In this document: positions 30,923-31,135 of the stretch, in pieces
Position numbering within the stretch: position 1 is the stretch's first letter
Layout of the letters: each line of letters begins with the position of its first letter
Translations under genes and position numbers: made by a program
Notes under the pieces: model-generated
The model's database searches: none
What the model was told of the DNA's origin: nothing
Seen by the model: only the letters and a program-made list of their open reading frames with translations
Virus record (IMG/VR): IMGVR_UViG_3300025809_000005
Span: 1 to 31,135 of that record
Origin: a virus
Direction: 5' to 3' (one strand)
DNA: 31,135 bases

Positions 30923-31077
30923 AGTATCTTACCAATTAACATACTTGTAAGAATCATAATAAGCATCCAAAATAAACCAAATTGAACCTTATCCCAAGTA
31001 CTACCCTCTTTCTTTTGGTGTAGCCATATCTTAAATTCTATAAACTTAAATACTATTTTATCAATTAGCTTTCTCAT
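30919..31077 (-). CDS. Small single-TM ORF (52 aa) spanning the circular join, not in the track
   Basis: Verified codon by codon: MRKLIDKIVFKFIEFKIWLHQKKEGSTWDKVQFGLFWMLIMILTSMLIGKIL. ATGA overlap with the endolysin start. The start overlaps the end of ORF 53..346 (as its copy in the terminal overlap). Confidence 0.45.
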   Translation of the reverse strand: MRKLIDKIVFKFIEFKIWLHQKKEGSTWDKVQFGLFWMLIMILTSMLIGKIL

Positions 31078-31135
31078 TTATTTTCTCGTTTAGTCGTTTA
31101 ATATCTTTTCTTACTCTTTCCCTTTCAAGTTTTAT
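31009..31135. repeat. Terminal overlap: exact copy of 1..127
   Basis: Identical to the first 127 nt of the window. Confidence 0.95.

Noticed and set aside
1-31135. tRNA genes, CRISPR arrays, integrase/repressor lysogeny module, transposases and DGR reverse transcriptase
   Set aside because: The intergenic regions are short and fully accounted for by promoters, terminators and small ORFs. There is no cloverleaf-capable G/C-rich ~75-nt segment, no spaced direct repeats, and no ORF with integrase, RT or transposase motifs.

Overview
This window is a complete, circularly closed genome of an AT-rich tailed dsDNA phage. The first 127 nt recur exactly at 31009..31135, so the unit length is 31,008 bp. 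Every credible gene is on the minus strand, with about 65 track ORFs plus about 10 sub-60-aa ORFs I translated by hand. Genes are tightly packed, often with ATGA or TAATG overlaps, and no Shine-Dalgarno sequences are evident. One intergenic region carries TTTG-N21-TATCTTTG. Together these suggest a Bacteroidota (Flavobacteriia-like) host, which is inference only.

In transcription order (high to low coordinates):
- An early/replication-recombination module (30055->22462): NinG/Rap-like nuclease, two tandem OB-fold proteins (one with an SSB-type DLPF tail), a DnaB_C/RecA-fold helicase, an ECF-like sigma factor, a PD-(D/E)XK protein, a DUF3310-like protein, a RecE-like exonuclease and a DnaA-domain-IV-only protein.
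- An unusual nucleic-acid module (23646->20476): two ParB/Srx-fold proteins, a GT-A glycosyltransferase-like protein and a stand-alone MgsA/RarA C-terminal-domain protein.
- TerS and TerL, then an island of small, very acidic proteins with their own promoters.
- Structural genes in a scrambled order: neck, a vWA-domain protein, tail/baseplate proteins, a tape-measure-like protein, XkdF-like protease, scaffold, MCP, a tube-like protein, portal and fibres.
- A lysis cassette that spans the artificial window join.

No tRNA, CRISPR array, integrase, DNA polymerase or primase was seen.

The most interesting signals are regulatory:
1. A late promoter class, ATACAAAAT-N13-CGTTATATA, ends 10-14 nt before the ATG, so the mRNAs are effectively leaderless. 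It fits the phage-encoded ECF-like sigma factor.
2. An early/middle class of intergenic modules shares an AAGACAGACAA leader directly upstream of six start codons.
3. A terminator-bounded noncoding tract (29331..29444) carries the reverse complement of that leader twice. It is a candidate phage sRNA or 3'UTR RNA targeting the translation starts of its own early operons.

All functional calls rest on motifs read by eye and are unverified by any search.
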